A stretch of DNA of 63,970 bases, counting the filler, from Craspedostauros australis (lineage: Eukaryota): the NCBI GenBank assembly GCA_030167865.1. It is 11 parts of 11 records of this genome, joined end to end, with 100 filler letters (N's around TTAATTAATTAA, not from the genome) between each part and the next. Parts side by side here need not be neighbours in the genome. Positions count along the whole stretch, not along the records: positions 1 to 3,653 come from JALAGF010001428.1; positions 3,754 to 19,311 come from JALAGF010001429.1; 9 more parts are not named here. One strand, 5' to 3'. Every line of letters begins with the position of its first letter. Positions within the stretch are counted from its first letter, which is position 1. The translations under genes were made by a program, and so were the position numbers. The notes under the pieces were generated by a model. That model was not told the DNA's origin. It did not search any database and was given only the letters and a program-made list of their open reading frames with translations. This document shows positions 1 to 10,544 of this stretch, piece by piece.

Positions 1-536
1 TCCCAACTAAACCTCAGATGACGATATCATCTGACAGACTGCTGCATCACCAATGGAACATGACATCTGGAGAGCAGAAGGACGACAACTGACGTCGACA
101 GGATGTCATCGTGTCACCACGTCGACATCTGTCTCCAAGTCAGAGCAGAAGGCAAAGATCCGATGAACGAAGAGGATCAGCATCATGGATACTGAAGGTG
201 AACTTCAAATGGTAAGTACTCATGGAGTAGGAACCAGTACTGAACGAACGGAGTGTCGAATGCGGAGTACGCATCAAACACGGAGTATCGTGTAGGACGA
301 AGCACGCGATACCGAGAGAGAGAGAATGCAGAGAAGAGCGAGAGAGCATCTCGCGTACCGACTCATAGTCGGAGACCAAATCTACGAAACAGATTGAAGC
401 GCCGAGAGCATCGGGCAAGACAACGTGCGTACACCGAGAGGATCGGAGTAACCAACTAATGAAATAGCAAACGAACGACTATCAACCAACGCCATCTTCC
501 ACGATCGTAGGTTACCGTGAGCGGAACTTGCCAACA
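1..536 (+). mobile_element. LTR family A, 3' part (runs off window start)
   Basis: Reverse complement of 36068-36606 and 38847-39381; ends ...GGAACTTGCCAACA at 536. Confidence 0.85.
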
Positions 537-979
537 TCCGTGCCTCCTTTGAGTGCCACAAATCAGCTTGCTATACGTGTTTTAGATCTGACAGCAGCTT
601 GCCCGATGTACCTGATACTACCAGGATGTTGCACGCTAATGGGCGCAGTGCCCCCCAGGTGCCAGCAGTCGCTTCAATTCACCTGGTTCCACCACTCGCG
701 TTTTCGTCCAGCGTATACCTGCCTTCCGGTGTCGTTAGACTCACTNNNNNNNNNNNNNNNNNNNNNNNNNNNNNNNNNNNNNNNNNNNNNNNNNNNNNNN
801 NNNNNNNNNNNNNNNNNNNNNNNNNNNNNNNNNNNNNNNNNNNNNNNNNNNNNNNNNNNNNNNNNNNNNNNNNNNNNNNNNNNNNNNNNNNNNNNNNNNN
901 NNNNNNNNNNNNNNNNNNNNNNNNNNNNNNNNNNNNNNNNNNNNNNNNNNNNNNNNNNNNNNNNNNNNNNNNNNNCGCT

Positions 980-1098
980 CCAAGTTTTTACGTGTGTCTT
1001 GCTTCACGGGCTTTCACCTTTGTCGATGCTGACCAGGCCAAGTGTTTACGTGTGACTTGCTTCACGGGCTTTTATTCCTTTGTCTTGTAGCTGACCAG
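980..1098. repeat. Two imperfect tandem copies of a ~58-bp unit
   Basis: CCAAGTnTTTACGTGTGnCTTGCTTCACGGGCTTT...GCTGACCAG starts at 980 and 1038, next to an N gap. Confidence 0.7.
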
Positions 1099-1504
1099 CT
1101 ATCGTAAGTATCGCAGTGGTGCGGAACTTGGTTGTTTTTAGGGAAGAATTACTCCACCTGCGATATTCGCAACAGTGGGTGAGCCTTTCTGCACTTTAGC
1201 AGGGCAAAGCGGGTGTGGCCGCACGTAGCAATCTGCACACACGAGCAATTTGTCCGTCGTCACGGACGCGTTGGGCCTTTCTTGGGCCAGAATCAAAGGA
1301 AGGGGACAGCGTGATGTCACCAAGGCAGCACAGCACTTCAGAATTCGTTCATACGCTCCGATAGAGACTGCGACTGTTAATCTGATAATCAGCAATTTCA
1401 CACAGGACAGGGCACCAAACACTGCACTTACTTCTCCGCCAGGGTGATCAAGCCATCAAGGGAAGCCAGAATGTTTGGTGGTATTCGTTGTTGCTAAGTT
1501 AGTG

Positions 1505-2126
1505 TGTCAATTGATGATTGAGTTTGGAATTGTGAGCACAAGATCTCACTCATCCTAATCTGATGCATTCATGCACCATTCTACGATCTTGGCTGATTCA
1601 TCATCAGGTCTTCCTACTGATCTGCTCGATGTCTTCGTGTTACATCGTGCATATTTCCTACTTTGTTGCCCAAGGATGTTGTCTGCTTTGCGCAGTAACT
1701 TGTGTTATTTCTCCTCTTGGGTCTTTCTACATCTCTGTCTGATCTTGTCTAATCTTGTCTGGTCTTGGCTGGTCTTGGAATCTTGTAGGATTCATATATC
1801 CCAACCGTCGACGTCAGCAGATTGCTTGCATCATCCCTGACATCACAAGACTATTTCCTAATTGTTGTTACCACGTGCTCACTGATGCACCTGGCGTCAC
1901 TAGACAAGTCAGCATACCATGACTATCACTTATTCTTGATTCCTCGGATCCCAGCGACGATCCTCTGACGTCATTCTCTGATGTCAGTGCCTACGTCATA
2001 TCTGATGACAATAGAACCCGAACACCATTTGCATCATCAAGATTCATTCGACTATACTATCAATTGAGTCGAATCACGTTCCAGTCATGTGTGATGTTAG
2101 CCTAAATTTCGATCTAGATGTTGACA
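1505..2126. mobile_element. Putative LTR family B (~620 bp)
   Basis: Inverted termini TGTCAA...TTGACA; integrase homology of the neighbouring ORF stops exactly at 2126; no TSD seen and no second copy in window. Confidence 0.5.
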
Positions 2127-3048
2127 AGACGAGTAAAGCAACGCCCTCACCATGGTGCCGAAGGTCTTGTTCAACCGTTCCACTTTTCCATTCATCCACC
2201 TGCAATCCGCTCCAGTAGGTTCAACGTTGTACCCACACTCCTGGACCATGGTACCAAAATGACTGGACCTGGCCAGTTCACCGCCCAAGTCGACACGAAC
2301 CGCACGATAGCCTTCGCAGAGCCCAAAAGTAGTCAGGGTCTGCCGTACAGCCATGATGGGCAGGGATTTGTCCTTGGTAAGAAATACCCACACATAGCAT
2401 GTACACGCATCGACCACAAGAAGGTACGCGCAAAACCCATCGACGGAGTGGATGACTCGTTGAGCGCCTTGTGACATCTTGCGCTGGCCGTACGCATCGT
2501 CAGTGGCCCTCATGAACCCAAAATCGACGTGGAACCTAGTGCCAGCGACGTTGGCTGTGGCCGTGTCATTGGGGCCGCGTGTGGCGTGTTGATATCCTGC
2601 CTTGCTGCACGTGTCACAGTGTCGAAGTGGGTGAATGTGCCGTGTAACAGACGCCAGAATACCAGTGGAGCACTTGGAAAGCTTTTGCAGCTGTGCCATG
2701 CCCACATGTCCAAGTCGTAGATGCCAAAGTTCCGACAGGAGCGTAGGCAATGCCTGTCTCAAGGTCATGGCTTGTGGACGAACGCCTCCAAAGAAGTACA
2801 GACCGTTGCGAATGTACAGCGGCACACGAAGATTGTTATCCGGAGACTTGAAGACGATGTGAGCACTGTGCTGGGTGGATTCAATGCCGAAGCTGGTGTA
2901 TGGGTTGTCACGTTGTCTGATGATGGATTGTGGCGACACAAGCGTGTCAGCCAGTCGTGGGCACAGAAGAGTGTGCACCGAAAGATGCGCGCCGTCGCTG
3001 CAGGATAGCCGCATGTACCCTTCTCCCGGGCACTCCATAGCAGGCGAA
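2127..3048 (-). mobile_element. Ty1/Copia pol fragment (protease C-terminal part, GAG-pre-integrase, integrase core)
   Basis: ORF 2097..3038: LWHLRLGH...HCDTC zinc-binding motif, FHVDFG, RVDLGGEL, NGKVERLNKT (DDE integrase). Confidence 0.9.
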
Positions 3049-3300
3049 TGTCAGGAATCGGGGGTACGACTTTGTCAAGATACCCATGATTGCCGCACCT
3101 CCCAAAATTATCAATCACGACTGAAGTCAACTCTTGTTGATCACACCTTTGAGTCCTATTCATCACACCCGTGACTCAAGACGAACGTGACTGATCTCAG
3201 TCTTGACAAGAAAACAAGCCTGTCCTCCTCTAACAAGAAAAACCATGACGACGCAAAAACAGGATGTCCCAACATCGAACATGACATCGCGACAATCCAA
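3049..3300 (+). mobile_element. LTR family C, copy 1 (right boundary uncertain)
   Basis: Starts TGTCAGGAATCGGGGGTACGACTTTGTC; homologous in reverse complement to 25906-26194; abuts and truncates the Copia pol fragment. Confidence 0.7.
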
Positions 3301-3653
3301 ACAACGACGTCACAGGAGAAACATCGATGACCAGCAGGTCTGTGATCACCCCATCAGGAGAACCGAAACACGTGCCACTCGCGGACTAGAACAATTCAGA
3401 AAGGGCATCAAGCTTGACACCAATCGTAAGAAAAGGTGTCAAGAGATCAAGGACGAAACCTGTGACGAGATGGATGCATGACTGCGGAAATGTGCCGCAT
3501 GAATGTTGAGCGAAATGAAACTACTGAAATATATGAAGTGCATGAAGAGATGCATGGTGAGATGTACATGAAGTACATGCTGCATGACATGATGAACACA
3601 GCAGTATCTCACGATGTTACTGTGGATTATACATGCTATGGCAAATGGAATTG

Positions 3654-3753
3654 NNNNNNNNNNNNNNNNNNNNNNNNNNNNNNNNNNNNNNNNNNNNTTA
3701 ATTAATTAANNNNNNNNNNNNNNNNNNNNNNNNNNNNNNNNNNNNNNNNNNNN
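3654..3753. other. Assembly linker N44-TTAATTAATTAA-N44 (also 19312-19411, 25725-25824, 29405-29504, 30930-31029, 32363-32462, 34615-34714, 40275-40374, 47637-47736, 52494-52593)
   Basis: Identical 100-nt structure ten times, with stop codons in all six frames. Confidence 0.97.
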
Positions 3754-4270
3754 CACTCGAAATCTTGATTCTCAGATTTGACTACCTTCCAGACGGATCT
3801 AAGACCTCATACTTCGTGACCAGATCCTTTGGAGTGTTTTGGAAGTGGGCGCCAGGTCGGATCTGATTGTGATTGACATTTTGCATGCACATATGACCAA
3901 CGCATTACACACAGTGACCGAATGACAGCACATGAACTGACTAAATGTAATCTGAATCTCCTTGCAGTTGGATGTAGCTGTTCCAAGGTAGGTACATGCC
4001 AATGGNNNNNNNNNNNNNNNNNNNNNNNNNNNNNNNNNNNNNNNNNNNNNNNNNNNNNNNNNNNNNNNNNNNNNNNNNNNNNNNNNNNNNNNNNNNNNNN
4101 NNNNNNNNNNNNNNNNNNNNNNNNNNNNNNNNNNNNNNNNNNNTTTCGCCGTTGTCACAGGGACGCGCCGGCCAAAATTCCGGCCATTGTGATTGGCCAA
4201 TACCAAAACGACCTGGTTAGTGGACTTTGGCCTCCAAAACGACCTGGTGAGTGAATTTCCTCATTCAGAT

Positions 4271-5416
4271 TTAGTCGTCGTCCTTCTTTTCCTTTTGCAA
4301 ACTCCGAACGATGCGCTGCCGTTGTGTGGAATGCAATTTGCGCTGGTACTGTATTTCTGGCACGCCTTCGCAGTAGTTGACCCACCGAGCCGCAGTGAAG
4401 AAGTAGTCCGATAACCGGTTGACGTACTGCAGGGCATTGGGATCACACGTCTTGTCGTCAACGAGCTCGATCATGCGGCGTTCTGTGCGACGGCAGACTG
4501 TTCTGGCAACATGTAGATGCGACGCAGCTTTTGCACCGGTGGGAAGGATGAAGGAGGTGAGTTCGGGCATCTCATCAGTCATGGCGTTGATCCACCCTTC
4601 CAGTTGCTCCGTCAGTTCCGGGCTGATACCATCCCCGACTCCGTTGGCGACGAACTCCTTTCCATCGTCGGCGACGAACCGTGGCTTCGCAACATGACTG
4701 CCAACATCGAAGAGCCTGCTCATGACATCCAAGAGCTGATCCTGCAACGGCCCGTAGTCCTCGTCATCATCCAGATGCGCGTACACGACACCGACAACGC
4801 AGCACACTTCATCGACGGATCCCAATGCCTCGAAGTTGGGATCATCCTTTCGTCGGCGTTCTCCGGTTAGCAGCATGGATGTCCCCTTGTCGCCAGACCG
4901 GGTGTACGGCACGTTCTTCGGCGTTGTTCGCTTGAAGGGAGGTTCGTCAATTTTGATCTTCGTCGATTTCTCAGCCTTGGACCGCGGTGGGGCGGTTGCT
5001 TTGCGCGCATGCGTGTCGCAGCATGAAGCCTTTGAGGTCCTTGGCGTAGCGCTGCCAGCGGCACAAGCATCATCATCAGCAATCTCAGGCGGGGCCGTCC
5101 CGTTCGCCTTCAACACGTCCAGCTCATTCAAGTGCGAGTTGCCATCGATGATGTTCTGCACCATCTTCTGCGCTGCTTCATAGTCACCGGACCGCAGTTT
5201 GGCTGGCCTCGATTGATTCGGCACTTCCTCCCATCCGTACGGACAGTGGCGGCAGTTGTTGCCGCAGCACGTGCCGCGCTTCAGATGCAGAAGTTCTGTG
5301 AAGCACGTGAATCCGGTCACCGGGTCGATGTAGGACGACGAGGCGTCCTTCAGCGCACCGCGATGCAGATCCTCGATGTCCGGGACGGAATCTTTCTTCT
5401 CCTCGGTGGTGCTCAT
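4271..5416 (-). CDS. MMAB: PduO-type ATP:cob(I)alamin adenosyltransferase with N-terminal Cys-rich DUF5522-like domain
   Basis: [50 protein letters not shown]-terminal YIDPVTG...[15 protein letters not shown]. Confidence 0.92.
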   Translation of the reverse strand: MSTTEEKKDSVPDIEDLHRGALKDASSSYIDPVTGFTCFTELLHLKRGTCCGNNCRHCPYGWEEVPNQSRPAKLRSGDYEAAQKMVQNIIDGNSHLNELDVLKANGTAPPEIADDDACAAGSATPRTSKASCCDTHARKATAPPRSKAEKSTKIKIDEPPFKRTTPKNVPYTRSGDKGTSMLLTGERRRKDDPNFEALGSVDEVCCVVGVVYAHLDDDEDYGPLQDQLLDVMSRLFDVGSHVAKPRFVADDGKEFVANGVGDGISPELTEQLEGWINAMTDEMPELTSFILPTGAKAASHLHVARTVCRRTERRMIELVDDKTCDPNALQYVNRLSDYFFTAARWVNYCEGVPEIQYQRKLHSTQRQRIVRSLQKEKKDDD

Positions 5417-6173
5417 GATTGACCTGATCGTATGTGTGGACGAATGGTGTGTCCAAGCCTTCTCTCCGCGCTGTTCCGCTGCCTCTGCCTCTATCTCTAT
5501 TTCGCTTCTGTTTGTGTCACAAGCGCACTCTGAAGTCCCACTTGACAGTTACTCTCTCATACCCGTGTTCTGTTCTGCCTTGTGCCATTATGACAACTCC
5601 CCTCTTGTGCCAAAGAGATGCAACTTCCACACGGTTCATCCTACCATCGCCGCAGAATCAGGATGACAGCCATCCGTTGGTGGTGGCAGTTCCGTGCGAC
5701 GAGACAAGGAGAAAAGAATGAAACGTTGGTGTTGTGTCACGGTCTTCGTTTGCGTTTGGAACGTGCTTCGATGGTCACACGAGTCGGAAATGGCGCCAAA
5801 ACCAAAACGGGACTGCACATTCATCCGTGTTGTTCCAACTAGTCAATTGAAGAAAACTGGGAGGCCAACCACCCATCTTCCATTTTGCGCGCAAAATCGT
5901 GGAAAACAAGTCGCCAAAAAGTATCTCCGTGGACATCGTCAACTGCGACACCAGGGACGACGACGATGCCGATGATGTTGACGCCGGTACTGATGCTGCA
6001 AGGCACATCCCAGAAGGAAGTCCAGAACCCTATCTACTCGTGTTGCAACTATCGCAACATACGTCACATTCGTCACATTCGTCACGCCACCCGCTTGTCC
6101 CAACGTAGCTCTGAAGCGAAGCTGCGAGCCGAAGGAGAACAACAGAGCAACGACCTCAAATCGAAGAAGAACA

Positions 6174-7289
6174 ATGACAGGCAAGGAGAAGGCAGATGAA
6201 GAAACGGCCGAAGGAGTTGCGCGGCTTCCGAACAACAAGAACGACGACGGAGACGACAGCGATGACTCCGTGTCGTCGGAGGAGGACGATGATCTCATCC
6301 TTGAGGGAGCGTTGATGAGGAATCCTGACATTTCCGATTCGGATGACACGAGCAGCGAAGAGGAAGACGACGACGGCGAAGAGGACGGCAGCGCTGACCA
6401 GAAACCAGCCGGATCCAAGCGCCCAGCAAATGCTGCACAAGTCTCCAATCCAAAAAAGAAAAAAGCCAAACAGGAAAAACCGAGCAAAGGCAAGGGCGGC
6501 GCCGTCACGAAGCAAGACAAGCAGCCACAGACCGGAAAGAGAAAGAAGAAGCAGAAACAGAAGTCATCGGGCCCCGAAATCATTCAGGTCGAATTCACCT
6601 TTTGCGACATGGATGAGAAATACTTTCATGGCCTCAAGACGTTGCTCACCTCGAGCAGTCCGCTGTACAGCGCGACGTCCTCTCCCTTGTCCGATCTCAT
6701 GATCGAAAACATCAGCGTGGGTACAGTCGTTAGCACAGAAGGCGATGTCGATGGCAACGTCTTTGGATTTGCGTCCGTCCTCAATGTCACCACTTACCAA
6801 AAGCACGATTGCATACAGACGCTCAAATCCATCTGCCTCGACCACTGCCCCGACGACCGCAAGAAGGAGCTGCAGACGGTATTGTCCGGCAAAACGAAAC
6901 GACCCGCCGGGTTTCTGCTGCACGGGCGCATGGTCAACATGCCGTTGGAAGTTGTGGAGGTGCTGCATCAGCAGCTGGTTCTGGACATGGATTGGGCGGT
7001 GGACAATGCCGATGGTGGGGAGGATGCTCGCAAGGCATTGAACTTTGGCGCCTTCGTGCGCATCGCACCCACGTACCGCATGGCGCAGACGACGGCCTAC
7101 AAGTTCTTCGATGACGAGATGTTCGCCCAGCATGCGGAATTCACCTTCGACGTGGAGCTGCCCAAAACATTTGGGATGGAGGAAACGCCTCTGTGCAGCG
7201 TCATTGTCATGACCAAGACGGGACATCGGGCTGCCATGAAGTCAATGGCAGACATGATCAACGGCGCGAAGATGGCGGAAGCGAGTTGA
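6174..7289 (+). CDS. BCP1: BCCIP/BCP1 family protein
   Basis: Acidic/Lys-rich N-terminus, then VEFTFCDMDEKYFHGLKTLL, VFGFASVLN, GFLLHGRMVNMP. Confidence 0.85.
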   Translation: MTGKEKADEETAEGVARLPNNKNDDGDDSDDSVSSEEDDDLILEGALMRNPDISDSDDTSSEEEDDDGEEDGSADQKPAGSKRPANAAQVSNPKKKKAKQEKPSKGKGGAVTKQDKQPQTGKRKKKQKQKSSGPEIIQVEFTFCDMDEKYFHGLKTLLTSSSPLYSATSSPLSDLMIENISVGTVVSTEGDVDGNVFGFASVLNVTTYQKHDCIQTLKSICLDHCPDDRKKELQTVLSGKTKRPAGFLLHGRMVNMPLEVVEVLHQQLVLDMDWAVDNADGGEDARKALNFGAFVRIAPTYRMAQTTAYKFFDDEMFAQHAEFTFDVELPKTFGMEETPLCSVIVMTKTGHRAAMKSMADMINGAKMAEAS

Positions 7290-7368
7290 GTGGGTTCTAT
7301 CATGAACACTGGCACACACTCAAATCAACTGCAGCTATTTGCAGTTCTTCTGCTGATAGTAGAGTACT

Positions 7369-9890
7369 TTAATCGTCCATTTCCATCTCGCGTGCCGCTT
7401 TGGCATCTCTATTGTAACACGTATCGCAATGTCGTAACCATGGACATTCCTGGAAGACGACATTCCATGCGCTCACCAAATCGGTTGGTTCCGCCATGCA
7501 CCGGAGGAGTTGGTAACGTTTGCTGTCATCTTGCCGGATACTGTACACCGCATCCACCCAATCGCGGAGACGGGGCAGGACTGTGGCATTCCAATTGGAT
7601 CGATGTTGCGTGACCCTGTCGTCTAAGTTCATTCGGCTCACCGCGATTTCGATCGATGCATCGTCATTGTCATCGTCATCGTCGCTGTCGTTGGCGGCAT
7701 CTTTACCTTTGTCCGGATTCTTCTCAACATGGCTGTTGTTGTTGGTACTGCCATCGACAACTGCCTTCGTGCCGTCTTCCCTCCGCTTCGTGCTCAACCC
7801 CTCCGCCTTCGTTCCGCTTTGCTCTGCTTTTGATGAATTTTCGCCAGAGCGTGAAGCCTGCGTGTCTAATGTTTCTGTCGCCGCATTGCTGCTCATCATG
7901 TCATCCTCTTGCTCTTCAGCATGCGCCTTCGTAGCTTGCCCGCAGGCATCAGAAGTCTTCGCCTCCTCGTCGTTCGAGCCAGAAAGGCATGGTTCTCTTG
8001 AGGTGCCTTCAGATAATTGATGTTGCTTCCCACAATGCTCTTTCTTCTCGTGTGCATCAGATCCAACACTTCTTGCTTTGTCCGCGGCCTTCGTAGAAGC
8101 CGTATCCTTGGATGGGTCATTTCCGCCGTTGGTGGTTTCGCTACTGGCACCATCCCCTGTTACAATACCACCGCCAGCAGTAGGTGCAGTTGCAGGTGCG
8201 GCAGTGCCTCGTTGAATACGCTTGCGTCTCTTCTTGCGCTTGCGAAGCACCTGGATAATGTCCGCATCATCTGCATCATACATCAGGCAGTAGATCGTCG
8301 TTTGGATTTGTTCATAGAGCGGAGGTTGCGGCCTGATTCGTTCCACGCGATGCTTGCATTCCACAACGACTCTCTTGAACACCCAGCTTTCGTCGTCATC
8401 GTTGTCGTCATCAAAGCTGTCTCCATTCACTTTGGTCACCATGCCCGAGCCTCCACCCGTGTCGACACCCGTATCCATGCTCAAAGCTTCACCGCGGCCC
8501 TCCTTGCGTTCAATGACCATCAGATTTGGTTGGAGTTCGCCGCGCACACCATCCACAGCGCCTCGGATTGAGAAGTAAGGGAGTTCGGTGCTCGCGTTTG
8601 TGTTGGACTGTGATCCACTGCTCGTTTCTGCAGAAGAAACGGTAGGAGTTGCGCGCGGTTCGTCTTTCACCTGCTTCGCTGTGTCAGCGGCTTGTTGGTC
8701 GGGTTTTGGAAGCTGATGAGACAGTGTGTGTCGATCTTCTTCTGTGCTGTCGGTTGGTTCATGACATGCTTGGTCCTCGCCAACGTCGACTGGCTTGGAG
8801 TGACTTTCTTCCATTCCCCTGCGTCAGTCTGTTCCGTCGTTTGCAGTCTACGATGGACGTACGCAGGACATATGGGCACGGCGGTCTTCTGCAGCTGGGC
8901 CTCACCCTCTCCATCTCCGTCGGTTTTACCATCGTTGGCGTTTTGGACACGGAACGGCCATGTGCGAAGCTCTGCGTTGCGTTCTTCGACTTGCTCACCG
9001 CACATCTTTTCATACTCATCCAATGCCTTGTCCTCCCAGCAGTTGCCGAAGCCCGTGTTGATGGCTTCACGTGTTCCCTCTTGCAGTTGCCGGATCTCCC
9101 GCTTGTTTAGCACCTTCGTTCGCTTGGCCTCTTCCATGATCTTGGCCTTCATCTTTTGGACCGCATCCGACGATGACACCTTTCGCTTGCCTTTCTCGAC
9201 TGCCAGAGCCGCCTGGATGGATTTCTTGACGGCCTTGCCCGCCTTCTCGGCGACCTGGAGCAAGGCCTCTTCCTTCGAAACCAGGTCGATCATGAGCAGC
9301 TTGGCGTCGTGTGCTCTCAGCATGTCTCCTGTGCGTCCCTGGTAGACATGATCCAACATGGTGGCCGGAAGGCGACGGTACGGATGGAATCCAGTCAAGG
9401 CGGCCACTTCGGACGCGGAAACGCGCAAAGAATGGCGTTGATAGCGAAATGCTTGGATTGCGGCCATCCGTTCTTCGTCGCGAAGCCGCGGGGATCGTCG
9501 TTGTCGTCGTTTGCTGTGGAGATCTTGGTTCCCTTGGCTTGGTTGCGAGTTGTCGGCCGTCAAGTCAATCAATGTCGCTGGAGTTGCTGGAGCTGGTTTT
9601 GCATTGGAATCTTCGTGTTGTGATTGAGTGATGACTCGTTTGCATGAGGTGCCTTGTGTGCTGTGTCCATCCTCATCGGTCCGTGCTGCAACACGATCGC
9701 AACGTGGAGTATCCACGCTATCAGTTGTCGGAGTTGCTGAATTGCTTTCGTCCTGTGCGCTAGCGCATGCCGCATCGCTAGTGGTCGTCGTGACGCCGTC
9801 ATTGTCGGGTGCAACCACGGTAGCCTGTGCTGTGGGATCGTTCATGTTGCACCTTGCACGCGCACCGGTAGCCGTAGTATTACCATGCAC
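7369..9890 (-). CDS. YqaJ/lambda-exonuclease-like PD-(D/E)XK nuclease split over two frames (possible intron 8819-8862 or frameshift)
   Basis: Upstream ORF has VSASEVAALTGFHPY and GNCWEDKAL; downstream ORF has IRGAVDG, VVVECKHR, YEQIQTTIY; long low-complexity insertions. Confidence 0.7.
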
Positions 9891-10544
9891 GGCCGTGGGG
9901 CAAGTTCAGTTGGTTGTTGGTCTGTGCACTGTGCATTACGATCTGCAAATAGTATAACACAATATTCAGTTTCTCGACTCTCTGTTTGTTTGTGGAGGAT
10001 GTTTGTGTTGTATCATCTGCACAAGGTGCTCTCTTTCGCATGTCTGTTTGCTCTTTGCTCTTGGCTCTTTGCTCTTTGCTCTTTGCTCGTGTTCTGATGC
10101 GGCCCTCCCTCCCCCTTGACGGCAACAAACACACACATACCCCAGACTTTCCCTCCGACGACAACACGACATTCGCCAACAATCGATGGCTCTTCCTCTT
10201 CCTCCAAATCTTCTTTGCCATGTGATCATGAGGATGTTCTCCTCTCGCTAAACGCAGAGCACAACAATACTGTTCACGCGAACGTGTAGGGTCGACTTGT
10301 TTGTACACATTCTCTCTATTATCGTCTACCATGCCTGTACTCTCTGCAGAGAATCTTATACCATGCTGCATTCCTTTTGCGAATACAACACAGCGTGGAC
10401 GCCCACGGGACCATCACAACCGTGTGCATGGATTATCGCCGTCACTCAACTCTCACGTTCCTTGAACCAAGCTGTTCTCGCAGGCATCTCTTCCCCTGTC
10501 GTTGTCCTGCCGCCGCTCTCAGTTCTACTCGTCCGCACAATACT

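Noticed and set aside
140..459. Repeated small ORFs (also 36145-36467, 38913-39242)
   Set aside because: Translations of LTR A sequence; frames are not conserved between copies.
4271..9890. MMAB-BCP1-YqaJ as a functional cluster
   Set aside because: Unrelated functions and mixed orientation; ordinary compact eukaryotic gene spacing.
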